A stretch of DNA of 64,000 nt from assembly GCF_035481375.1 (NCBI RefSeq), contig NZ_DATIGT010000191.1, positions 260-64,259 of the forward strand, read 5' to 3'. Below are positions 34,944 to 43,123 of this stretch, piece by piece. Both the position numbers and the translations under genes were made by a program. The DNA is from Tahibacter sp. GTDB taxonomy: Bacteria > Pseudomonadota > Gammaproteobacteria > Xanthomonadales > Rhodanobacteraceae. Each line of letters starts with the position of its first letter. The first letter of the stretch is position 1. Under the pieces are notes generated by a model. It made no database searches, was not told the origin of the DNA, and worked only from the letters and a program-made list of their open reading frames with translations.

Positions 34944-35124
34944 GGGGTTCTCCGCTAGCCGTCGGCGCAACGGCCGGTCGCGGGCTATGGATACGTGTGC
35001 GGGCGGGGCGGTTGCAAGAGCATCGGCAAGAACCCGACGTGAGCAGGTAGCAACCAGAGAGGCACGTCAACGCCTTCTCCGGTTGCCACCCCCTTCCCTC
35101 CATTTCCTCGTTTCGCGACGGCGC

Positions 35125-35149
35125 TGCAACCGCCGTCGCGGTTTCCGTA
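35125..35149 (+). promoter_or_regulatory. Candidate autoregulated ECF promoter TGCAAC-N15-CGTA
   Basis: Read directly 26 nt upstream of GTG 35175, with GGAG at 35163-35166. It is close to the classical ECF TGAAAC-N16-CGTA architecture. Confidence 0.3.
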
Positions 35150-35174
35150 TCTTGCGGCGCATGGAGCGATCTTC

Positions 35175-35741
35175 GTGACGAACCCGGACCGCGTGCTGGT
35201 CGATGCCGTGCTCGCGCGGCGCGCGGGCGCGTTCGAGCGTCTGGTCGCCGATCACCAGGGACTGTGCTGGCACATCATCCAGCGGCTCGTGCGGCATCCG
35301 GAAGATACGCGCGAGCTGTGCCAGGAAGCGTTCCTGCGCGTGCACCAGTACCTGCATCAGTTCCGCTACGAAAGCACCTTGAAATCGTGGATCGGCCGCG
35401 TCGCATACGCCGTCGCGCTGCGGCACCTGGAAAAGAAGCAGGTGCCGCTCGTCGATGCGGCCGACGACGGCGAGTACGACCCGTATCTGCAGGAGGGCGA
35501 CGGCTTCGATCTGGAGTCGGCCTGGGCCGATGCGGAACTGCGCGATCATCTGCGCGCGGCGATCGATGCGCTGCCGCCGTTGCCGCGCATGCTGCTGACG
35601 CTGTATCACCTCGACGAACTGACGATTCCGGAGATCGTGCAGGTCAGCGGATTGCCGGCCGGCACGATCAAGAGCCACCTGTTTCGCAGCCGTCTGCGCC
35701 TGCGCGAGCGGCTGCAGGCCCGCCTCGGAGAGACCGCATGA
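35175..35741 (+). CDS. ECF-type RNA polymerase sigma factor
   Basis: GTG start. Region 2 is ELCQEAFLRVHQYLHQFRYESTLKSWIGRVAYAVAL. Region 4 is MLLTLYHLDELTIPEIVQVSGLPAGTIKSHLFRSR. Confidence 0.88.
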   Translation: MTNPDRVLVDAVLARRAGAFERLVADHQGLCWHIIQRLVRHPEDTRELCQEAFLRVHQYLHQFRYESTLKSWIGRVAYAVALRHLEKKQVPLVDAADDGEYDPYLQEGDGFDLESAWADAELRDHLRAAIDALPPLPRMLLTLYHLDELTIPEIVQVSGLPAGTIKSHLFRSRLRLRERLQARLGETA

Positions 35742-36157
35742 AGACCGATCCGATCGTGTCGCCGGCACAGCAGACGGAATGGCTGCGGCAGGAGCAGGCA
35801 TTCGACGCCGAGCGCGGTGCGGCCGGTACGGAAGCACCTGCCTCGTACCGCCTGATCGCCCGGGCGCTGCGCGAACCCCTGCCGGTCGACCTGCCGGCGG
35901 ATTTCGCCACGCGTGTCGCGCGCCGCGCCGAGACCGCCGCGCTGCTCGATCCGCGCTGGGAGCGGCGCGGCATCGCCGTCCTGCTGGGCACGCTCGCCGT
36001 GCTCGCCGGCGCCGGGCTGCTGCTCGAAGGCGCCAGCTGGCTCGCGGATCTGCAGGCCGCACTGCCGTCGTTGCCGCGGATCCTCAATGGCTGGACCCTG
36101 CTGCTGCTCGCCGGGCTCGCCGCGGCACAGCTGCCGGTGCGGCGACCCCTGCGCTGA
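35738..36157 (+). CDS. Putative membrane-anchored anti-sigma factor (139 aa)
   Basis: ATGA overlap with the sigma stop. Cytoplasmic N-terminus, then two hydrophobic segments (GIAVLLGTLAVLAGAGLLL, WTLLLLAGLAAAQL). The assignment rests on position only. Confidence 0.5.
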   Translation: MKTDPIVSPAQQTEWLRQEQAFDAERGAAGTEAPASYRLIARALREPLPVDLPADFATRVARRAETAALLDPRWERRGIAVLLGTLAVLAGAGLLLEGASWLADLQAALPSLPRILNGWTLLLLAGLAAAQLPVRRPLR

Positions 36158-36308
36158 GTCGCTTCCAGACATAATCGTCCGCGGAACTATGCAAATCGGT
36201 CATTAGGGCCGTGAGTTTCGGCCTATGAGTCCGTCCGCACTACGCCTTAGGATCGAGATCTCTGCGGCCTGCGTCCGGCGGGCGGCATGACGTATCGGGG
36301 AGATTCGT

Positions 36309-39185
36309 ATGCATAAGTCGTTCAGCGACTGGCGCGCGTGGGGAGCGTTCGCCGGTCTGGTGCTGCTTCCGCTCGCACCGGCCTCGGCCTGGCACCGCCA
36401 GGCCAAACACATCGACAAGCTGGCCGAAAGCGAGATCGGCCACGCGCCCGGTCAGCCGCGCGAGGAGTCCTGGCAGATCGAACAGCGCCAGTTGTGGTTC
36501 GAGCGCACGCGCGCCCTGCGCGACAACCCGGACGCGGGGCGCGAGCGCGCTGCGGCCGTGGAGACGCTGAAGCAACTGCGCCGCAGCAAGGACCCGCAAC
36601 AGGAGGCGCTCGGCGAATCCTGGGCGCCGGTCGGCCCGTCGTCGATGACGATGACCGACTGGATCATGGGCCGCGTCGCCGGGCGTCTGAACGCCGTGAC
36701 GCCGGTGCCGGGCAACGAGGATACGGTCTACATCGGCAGCGCCGCCGGCGGCGTCTGGAAGACCACGAACGCGGGCGCGAGCTGGACACCGATCTTCGAC
36801 CAGGTCGGCACGCTGCCGATCGGCGCGGTGACGCTCGATCCGAACAACACGAACGTGGTCTGGGTCGGCACCGGCGACAAGAACGGCGGCGGCTGCGCCG
36901 GCTATTTCGGCCAGGGCGTGTTCCTCAGCGAAGACGCCGGCGCGACCTGGAATGCGCGCAACGGCAGCGGCCCGACCGCCATGCCGCTGTCCATCGTCAA
37001 CGCGGTCGCCGTGCAGCCGACCGACAGCAACGTGATCCTCGCCGGCGGCGCGGGCACCTGCGCGGGCGGTTCGCTGTCGGGCGCCGGCGTGTTCCGCTCG
37101 GCCGACCGCGGTCTGACCTGGACGCGCGTGCTCAGCACGAACGTCGAGGACATCGTGTTCGTGCCGGGCACGAACATCGCCTATACGGGCCTCATCAACA
37201 CCGGCGTGTCGAAGTCGGTCGACGGCGGCGCGACCTGGACGCCGATGAACACCGGCCTCAACCCGGCCGGCTCGCGCATGCGCCTGACGATGTCGCCGAG
37301 CGACAGCAATACGCTGTACGCGCTGGTCGGCGACCGTCTCTACCGCACGATCGACGGCGGCCTGAACTGGTCGCAGACCAACGCCGACGCCTGCGAAGGG
37401 CAGTGCGGCTACAACCTGACGGTCGCCGTGCATCCGACCGACGCCTCGACGGTACTCGTCGGCACGATCCGCCACGCGCGTTCCACCAACGGCGGCGCGA
37501 CGCTGACCGCGATGACGAGCACCTGGGGCACGTCGCAGAAAGTGCATCAGGACACGCACGTCGTGCGCTATTCGACGACGAATCCGAACCGCTTCTGGGT
37601 CGGCACGGACGGCGGCCTCTGGCGCACCGACGACGGCGGTCTGTCGTACGTCAACATGAATTCGAATCTGAACATCATGCAGTTCTACGACATCGCCGTG
37701 CACCCGAACGACGTCAACATCGTGTTCGGCGGCGCGCAGGACAACGGGTCGTCGGGACGCCGCACGAGCCTGCAGTGGGGCCTGACCTTCGCGAGCGGCG
37801 ACGGCTTCATGAACGTGGTCGATCCGACCACGCCGTCGCGCGTGTTCCAGACCAGCTATCCGCAGAGCAACATGCCGACGATCGTGCGCTCGAATGCGAG
37901 CGGCAGCCTCGGCAGCTTCGAGCTCGTGCCGCGCACGGGCCTCGTCGCGTCGTCGCAGTTCCCGTGGGTCACGCCGCTCGCGGCCGCCGGCAATCAGCTG
38001 TTCGTCGCGTCGAACACGCTGTACCGCACGACGACCGACGGCAATTCGTGGACCGCGGTGTCGCCGAACATGGGCAGCGCGTCGTCGGTGATCACGCCGC
38101 AGATGATCGGCGTGCTGATGCCGACCTACGTCGGCACCTCGGGCGGCCGCATCTACTTCAGCGCCGACGCATCGGTGCCCTCGCCGACGTTCGCGAACGT
38201 GACCGGCGACTATCCGGGCGGCATCGTCTCTGACGTCGCGATGGACCCGACCAACGCACAGCGCGTCTTCATCACGCGCGCGGGCTTCGGCAATTCGCGC
38301 CTCTACCGCTCGACCACCGGGGGCACGGCGTGGACCGCGGTCGGCACCGGCCTGCCGAACGTGCCGGCGAACAGCGTCGCGGTCGATCCGCTGAACACGA
38401 ACCGGATCTTCGTCGGCACCGACATCGGCGTGTATGAAAGTACCGACGGCGGCGACAACTTCACGGCGTTCTCGGCCGGCCTGCCGCTGGGCCTCGTCGT
38501 GCAGGATCTGGAAATCGACGACACGCCGCACGTGCTGACGGCCGGCAGCTACAGCCGCGGCGCCTGGCGCGTCGTACTGAGCACGAGTGCGACGAACGCG
38601 CCGCCGACGCCGGACTTCTCGGCGACGGTCAACGATCTGACGGCTGCGTTCACGAGCAGCGCGATCGACTTCGACGGCACGATCGCAACGACGAGCTGGA
38701 ACTTCGGCGACGGCAGCCCGGCGTCGACGCAGCCGAATCCGACGCACACCTACGCGACCTACGGCGCGAAGACGGTCGTCCTGACCGTGACCGACGACGA
38801 CGGCGCGAGCGCGAGCTTCTCGCGCGTCGTGCGCCTGTTCGCGCCGCCGGTTCCGCTGAGCAACGGCGTGACCGTGTCGGGCCAGAGCGCGCCGCAGAAC
38901 GACGAGTTGCGCTATTCGCTGCAGGTGCCGGTCGGTGCGACGAATCTGAGTTTCGTGACGACCGGCGCGGCCGGCGAAGACGCCGATCTCAGCGTGATTC
39001 TCAACGGCGAAACGCTCTGCGAATCCGCCGGCGCCACGGCGGACGAGACCTGCAACATTCCGAATCCGCCGCCGGCCGGCAATTATCTGGTGATCGTGCT
39101 GGCCTATTCGGCGCTGAGCAATCAGTCGATCACGGGCAGCTATTCGATGGCCGATCTGATCTTCCGCAACGGGTTCGAGCCGTAA
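36309..39185 (+). CDS. Exported BNR/Asp-box repeat (sortilin/VPS10-like) protein with PKD and pre-peptidase C-terminal (PPC) domains
   Basis: Signal-like N-terminus. About nine Asp-boxes (SEDAGATW, SADRGLTW, SVDGGATW, TIDGGLNW, STTGGTAW, STDGGDNF...). PKD is WNFGDGSPASTQPNPTHTYATYGAKTVVLTVTDDDGAS. PPC-like is GEDADLSVILNGE...AGNYLVIVLAYS. Ends in ...ADLIFRNGFEP. Confidence 0.85.
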   Translation: MHKSFSDWRAWGAFAGLVLLPLAPASAWHRQAKHIDKLAESEIGHAPGQPREESWQIEQRQLWFERTRALRDNPDAGRERAAAVETLKQLRRSKDPQQEALGESWAPVGPSSMTMTDWIMGRVAGRLNAVTPVPGNEDTVYIGSAAGGVWKTTNAGASWTPIFDQVGTLPIGAVTLDPNNTNVVWVGTGDKNGGGCAGYFGQGVFLSEDAGATWNARNGSGPTAMPLSIVNAVAVQPTDSNVILAGGAGTCAGGSLSGAGVFRSADRGLTWTRVLSTNVEDIVFVPGTNIAYTGLINTGVSKSVDGGATWTPMNTGLNPAGSRMRLTMSPSDSNTLYALVGDRLYRTIDGGLNWSQTNADACEGQCGYNLTVAVHPTDASTVLVGTIRHARSTNGGATLTAMTSTWGTSQKVHQDTHVVRYSTTNPNRFWVGTDGGLWRTDDGGLSYVNMNSNLNIMQFYDIAVHPNDVNIVFGGAQDNGSSGRRTSLQWGLTFASGDGFMNVVDPTTPSRVFQTSYPQSNMPTIVRSNASGSLGSFELVPRTGLVASSQFPWVTPLAAAGNQLFVASNTLYRTTTDGNSWTAVSPNMGSASSVITPQMIGVLMPTYVGTSGGRIYFSADASVPSPTFANVTGDYPGGIVSDVAMDPTNAQRVFITRAGFGNSRLYRSTTGGTAWTAVGTGLPNVPANSVAVDPLNTNRIFVGTDIGVYESTDGGDNFTAFSAGLPLGLVVQDLEIDDTPHVLTAGSYSRGAWRVVLSTSATNAPPTPDFSATVNDLTAAFTSSAIDFDGTIATTSWNFGDGSPASTQPNPTHTYATYGAKTVVLTVTDDDGASASFSRVVRLFAPPVPLSNGVTVSGQSAPQNDELRYSLQVPVGATNLSFVTTGAAGEDADLSVILNGETLCESAGATADETCNIPNPPPAGNYLVIVLAYSALSNQSITGSYSMADLIFRNGFEP

Positions 39186-39209
39186 GCGGGATGTTGACGG
39201 GCTGAGGCG

Positions 39210-39269
39210 GAACCCATCCCCCACCCATGCTCCCGCCTTGAAGGGGAGGGGATGGGTGGGGATGGGTTC
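39210..39269. repeat. 60-nt near-perfect hairpin downstream of the BNR gene
   Basis: GAACCCATCCCCCACCCATGCTCCC-GCCTTGAA-GGGGAGGGGATGGGTGGGGATGGGTTC read directly, with one bulged C. There is no U-tract. Confidence 0.6.
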
Positions 39270-39313
39270 ACGCCCGCCTTGCCCGGAATCGTCGAACACC
39301 CGCACCATGCGGC

Positions 39314-39697
39314 ATGCTCAAACGCCTGCACCACGTCGCGGTCATCTGCTCCGACTACATCGTGTCGAAGCGCTTCTACTCCGAAGTGCTCGGCCTTCGC
39401 GTGATTGCCGAGAACTACCGCGCCGCACGCGATTCCTGGAAGCTCGACCTCGCCTTGCCGGATGGTGGACAGGTGGAATTGTTCTCTTTTCCCGACCCGC
39501 CGCCGCGGCCTTCCTGTCCGGAGGCGCGCGGACTGCGGCACCTCGCATTCGCCGTCGACGATGTCGATGCCTGCAAGCGTCGCCTTGAAGCGCATGGCGT
39601 CGCCGTCGAGCCGGTGCGCATCGACGAATACACCGGAAAACGCTTCGTGTTCTTCAGCGATCCGGATGGGCTGCCGCTGGAGTTGTATGAGGTCTGA
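39314..39697 (+). CDS. VOC/glyoxalase-family protein (YaeR-like)
   Basis: MLKRLHHVAVICSDYIVSKRFYSEVLGL...GLRHLAFAVDDVD...FFSDPDGLPLELYE. Confidence 0.85.
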   Translation: MLKRLHHVAVICSDYIVSKRFYSEVLGLRVIAENYRAARDSWKLDLALPDGGQVELFSFPDPPPRPSCPEARGLRHLAFAVDDVDACKRRLEAHGVAVEPVRIDEYTGKRFVFFSDPDGLPLELYEV

Positions 39698-39778
39698 GCG
39701 ATCGATCGTGTCGGCCAGCAAGGCCGCTGCCATCGTGAGCACCGGCCCCGACGCACAGCGTGATGACGCCCGTGCGGA

Positions 39779-41383
39779 TCAGAGGTTCTGATAATTCGGC
39801 CCCGCGCCGCCCTCCGGCGTGACCCAGTTGATGATCTGGTACGGGTCCTTGATGTCGCAGGTCTTGCAGTGCACGCAGTTCGCCGCGTTGATCTGCAGGC
39901 GCTTGCCGGCTTCGTCACTGACGATTTCGTAGACGCCGGCCGGGCAGAAGCGCTGGCACGGGTTCTGGTATTCCTCGGCGCAGCGCGTCACGCAGATGTT
40001 GGTGTCGAGCACCTGCAGATGCACGGGCTGGTCTTCGTCGTGCTCGGTCGCGGCGAAATAGACCGAGGCGAGTCGGTCGCGCGGCGGCAGCGTGCGTTCG
40101 ACGAAGTCGCGCCGGGGCACTTCGTACTGGCCGATCTTGTGGAACTGCTTCCAGTCGGCGTGATTCTTCAGCGTCCACGGCGACAGGCCGGCGGTCAGCG
40201 TCTCCCAGCCGGCGTTCGCGAGACCGAGCCAGAGGCCCTTGTGGAAGCCGGGCTTGATGTTGCGGACCTTGTGCAGTTCCTTGACGACGACCGAGCTGCG
40301 CAGCTTCGCGTCCCAGCCTTCCGGTGCACCGGTCGCGGCGATGTGTTCGGCCGCGAGCATGCCCGAGCGCAGCGCCTGGTGCGTGCCCTTGATCTTCGGC
40401 ACGTTGAGCAGGCCCGCGCCGTCACCGATCAGCAGCGCGCCCGGCATTTCGCATTTCGGCAGCGACTGGAAGCCGCCGGCCGTGATCGCGCGCGCGCCGT
40501 AGGAGAGGATGCTGCCGCCTTCGAGCAGCGGCTTGATCGCCGGATGGTTCTTGACCTGCTGGAACAGCTCGAACGGCGACAGCAGCGGATCGGAATAGTC
40601 CAGACCCGTGACGTAGCCGATCGCGACGCGGTCCTTGTCGAGGTGATACAGGAAGCTGCCGCCGTAGGTCGCGTTGTCGGCGGGCCAGCCCAGCGTGTGC
40701 ACGACCTTGCCGGGTTCGACCCGGCCCGGCGGGAGCTGCCAGAGTTCCTTGATGCCGATCGACCAGGTCTGCGGATCGCAGTCTTTGTCGAGCGCGTATT
40801 TCGCGATGAGCTGCTTGCTGAGGTGGCCGCGCGCACCTTCGCCGAGCACGGTGATCGGCGCGGTGATGTCGATGCCCTGCGTATAGCCGGGCTTGTGGGT
40901 TCCGTCCTTGGCCACGCCCATGTCGCCGATGCGCACGCCGCAGACGGCGCCCGCTTCGTTGTACAGCGGTTCGGCCGCGGCGAAGCCGGGATAGATCTCG
41001 ACGCCGAGCGCCTCGGCCTGCGGCGCGAGCCAGGCGCAGAGCGCGCCGAGCGAGACGATGAAATTGCCGTTGTTGTGCATCTGCGGCGGCACGACCGGCA
41101 GTTTCAGCGCGCGTTCCTTGTCGCGCAGCCAGTAGAACTCGTCCTTCGTGACCGGTACGCAGATCGGCGGCGGGTTCTTGCCCCATTCCGGCAACAGCTC
41201 GTTCAACGGTTCGGGTTCGATGACCGCGCCGGACAGGATATGGGCGCCGACGGTCGATGATTTCTCGATGACGCAGACGCGGATGTCGGGCTTGAGCTGC
41301 TTCAAACGGATGGCGAAGGCGAGGCCGGCCGGGCCTGCGCCCACGGTCACCACGTCGTATTCCATGACATCGCGTTCGCTCAT
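39779..41383 (-). CDS. Electron-transfer flavoprotein:ubiquinone oxidoreductase (ETF-QO)
   Basis: FAD fold YDVVTVGAGPAGLAFAIRL. C-terminal 4Fe-4S region CQRFCPAGVYE...CVHCKTCDIKDP...WVTPEGGAGPNYQNL. Confidence 0.93.
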   Translation of the reverse strand: MSERDVMEYDVVTVGAGPAGLAFAIRLKQLKPDIRVCVIEKSSTVGAHILSGAVIEPEPLNELLPEWGKNPPPICVPVTKDEFYWLRDKERALKLPVVPPQMHNNGNFIVSLGALCAWLAPQAEALGVEIYPGFAAAEPLYNEAGAVCGVRIGDMGVAKDGTHKPGYTQGIDITAPITVLGEGARGHLSKQLIAKYALDKDCDPQTWSIGIKELWQLPPGRVEPGKVVHTLGWPADNATYGGSFLYHLDKDRVAIGYVTGLDYSDPLLSPFELFQQVKNHPAIKPLLEGGSILSYGARAITAGGFQSLPKCEMPGALLIGDGAGLLNVPKIKGTHQALRSGMLAAEHIAATGAPEGWDAKLRSSVVVKELHKVRNIKPGFHKGLWLGLANAGWETLTAGLSPWTLKNHADWKQFHKIGQYEVPRRDFVERTLPPRDRLASVYFAATEHDEDQPVHLQVLDTNICVTRCAEEYQNPCQRFCPAGVYEIVSDEAGKRLQINAANCVHCKTCDIKDPYQIINWVTPEGGAGPNYQNL

Positions 41384-41663
41384 GGCGGACTCCGGCTAGA
41401 GGCGAGAAAAGAGGCCGATTGTCGGCGCTACGGGTTGAGCCGGCAATCCGCGCCGCCCGCCGGCCGCGCCATCGCCGTTCGTCCGGCGCGGCGGGCCGGA
41501 CGCGGAGGTCCGCACGCGGGGAATCGGCTACGCTACGCCGGCGAATTGGCCCCGGGGGGCGATTCGCCAACCTTCCAGGCTTCGCACCACGTTCCGGGCT
41601 TCGCGTGCCCGGCGCGGGCGGCTGCGTGCCGGATCCGTTTCATCAATCAGGGGAAATCGTGTC

Positions 41664-42164
41664 ATGTGGAGAATCATTCTCGTCGTGCTGGTGGTCGCGT
41701 TCGCGGCCTACCGGGTCATCGGCGGTCCCGGCGGCAAGCCGACGGCACCTTCCGCCGGCCCGGACGCCTACGACGGTTACATCGAAGTACGCATGCTGAT
41801 GCAGGGCGGCCAGCGCGAGATCGAACTCGTCGCGATCGAGGAGCGGCCCAACGCCGCCGACTGCGAGGCGAAGGACGGCAATGCGCGCGTCGCACGACTG
41901 TGTCCGGCGAGCAAAGGGCTCAGCTGCACGCTCAAGAGCCTGGAATGCTCGCGCGAGATCGAGCCGCGCTTCCAGAAGATGCTCGACAAGAAGCCAGTCA
42001 GCGTCCACTACGCGCATCTGACGCTCGACGACACGCCGGACAACCCGCGCCGCAGCATCGTGCTGGGCTGGGGCATGACCGAGCAGGAATCGCAGCTGGT
42101 CTGCGCGTCCATCCAGGCATCGGCGAGCAAGCGGAAACTGCAGGGCACGGTGACCTGCATCTGA
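41664..42164 (+). CDS. Membrane-anchored hypothetical protein (166 aa, several Cys)
   Basis: N-terminal TM MWRIILVVLVVAFAAYRVI. High GC3. No domain recognised. Confidence 0.55.
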   Translation: MWRIILVVLVVAFAAYRVIGGPGGKPTAPSAGPDAYDGYIEVRMLMQGGQREIELVAIEERPNAADCEAKDGNARVARLCPASKGLSCTLKSLECSREIEPRFQKMLDKKPVSVHYAHLTLDDTPDNPRRSIVLGWGMTEQESQLVCASIQASASKRKLQGTVTCI

Positions 42165-42190
42165 GGCAGGTCGCGGGGATGCGCGGCGGT

Positions 42191-42988
42191 TCAGACGCCG
42201 CGCATCACGTCCGAGCGTTCATAGCGCGTCATGTAGGAAAACACGTCGCCGGGATGCAAGGTCACGGCGACCAGCAGGATGCGGTTCTTCGGATCGAAGT
42301 AGCGCCGCAGCGTGCGCAGCGCCGGCGTGCCGGGCTCGACTTCGAGCTGGTCGGCCTGTTCGGCGTCGAGCGCGACCGCCGACAGGCTCTGCTCGACGAG
42401 GCCGACGCGCGCGAACAGTTCGCCCTCGATCAGCGCGCGCATCGCGTCCTCGACGCGCGAGAAGCCTGGCGGCAGTCCCTGCATGCTCGCACGGCGGTAG
42501 ACGTCGGTGATGCAGAACGGCTTGAGCATGCGGCGCTGGTAGCGGATGCCGTGCAGCAGCACGCATTCGGTGCCGGCACGCACGTCGAGCCAGCCGGCCA
42601 GCGTCGCGTCGGCGTTGAGCCGGTCGCTGTGGCGCAGCTGGAAGCGCGTCGCCTGGGTGTACTGCAGCAGGTCGTCGATCGAGCGGACGTACTGGTTGTA
42701 GCGCACCTGCGGCTCGGCGCTGCGGACCTTGGTACCCGAGCCGCGCCGGCGTGCGATCAGTCCCATTTCCTCGAGCGTGCGCAGTGCTTCGCGTGCGGTG
42801 AAGCGGCTGATGCCGAAGCGTTCGCAGAGCTGCGCTTCGGTCGGCAGCATGCCGCCGACCGGATGGTCGCCGCGCTTGAGTTCGTCGCGCAGTTCGTCGG
42901 CGACCTGCAAGTAGCGCGGCTTGCGCGACGAACGCAGGCCGCGACGCGGCGGCGTCGCAGGCGGATCGGAGCGCTGGCTGTCGGTCAT
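42191..42988 (-). CDS. GntR-family (HutC/UTRA-type) transcriptional regulator
   Basis: MLPTEAQLCERFGISRFTAREALRTLEEMGLIARRRGSGTKV followed by a UTRA-like C-terminal half. It is divergent from the amidase gene. Confidence 0.88.
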   Translation of the reverse strand: MTDSQRSDPPATPPRRGLRSSRKPRYLQVADELRDELKRGDHPVGGMLPTEAQLCERFGISRFTAREALRTLEEMGLIARRRGSGTKVRSAEPQVRYNQYVRSIDDLLQYTQATRFQLRHSDRLNADATLAGWLDVRAGTECVLLHGIRYQRRMLKPFCITDVYRRASMQGLPPGFSRVEDAMRALIEGELFARVGLVEQSLSAVALDAEQADQLEVEPGTPALRTLRRYFDPKNRILLVAVTLHPGDVFSYMTRYERSDVMRGV

Positions 42989-43123
42989 CGGTGGATGCGG
43001 CTTCGGTGGCGTGGCGGGCGTGCGCGGAATCCTAACGTTACGGCGGGAAAAATACTGCGCAGCGACTTGCGCAAAAGCTCGTCTGCGCTGACGCTAGCCG
43101 CTCCATCGGACAGGGAGGTGTGG

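Noticed and set aside
36183-36213. GGAAC at 36183-36187 as the -35 box of an ECF promoter for the BNR gene
   Set aside because: The nearest CGT lies 22 nt downstream, too far for the usual 16-17 nt spacing. I kept only the weaker TGCAAA-N14-CGTG alternative, as a low-confidence note.
36240-39308. 1022-aa ORF on the minus strand
   Set aside because: It is antisense to the BNR/PKD/PPC gene, which has about nine Asp-boxes. The composition is a GC artefact.
41435-43123. N-terminal 563 residues of the 1032-aa ORF 41435..44533
   Set aside because: This part overlaps the 41664 gene and the GntR gene (opposite strand) and is Arg/Ala-rich. The amidase has a strong RBS (AGGGAGG) before ATG 43124.
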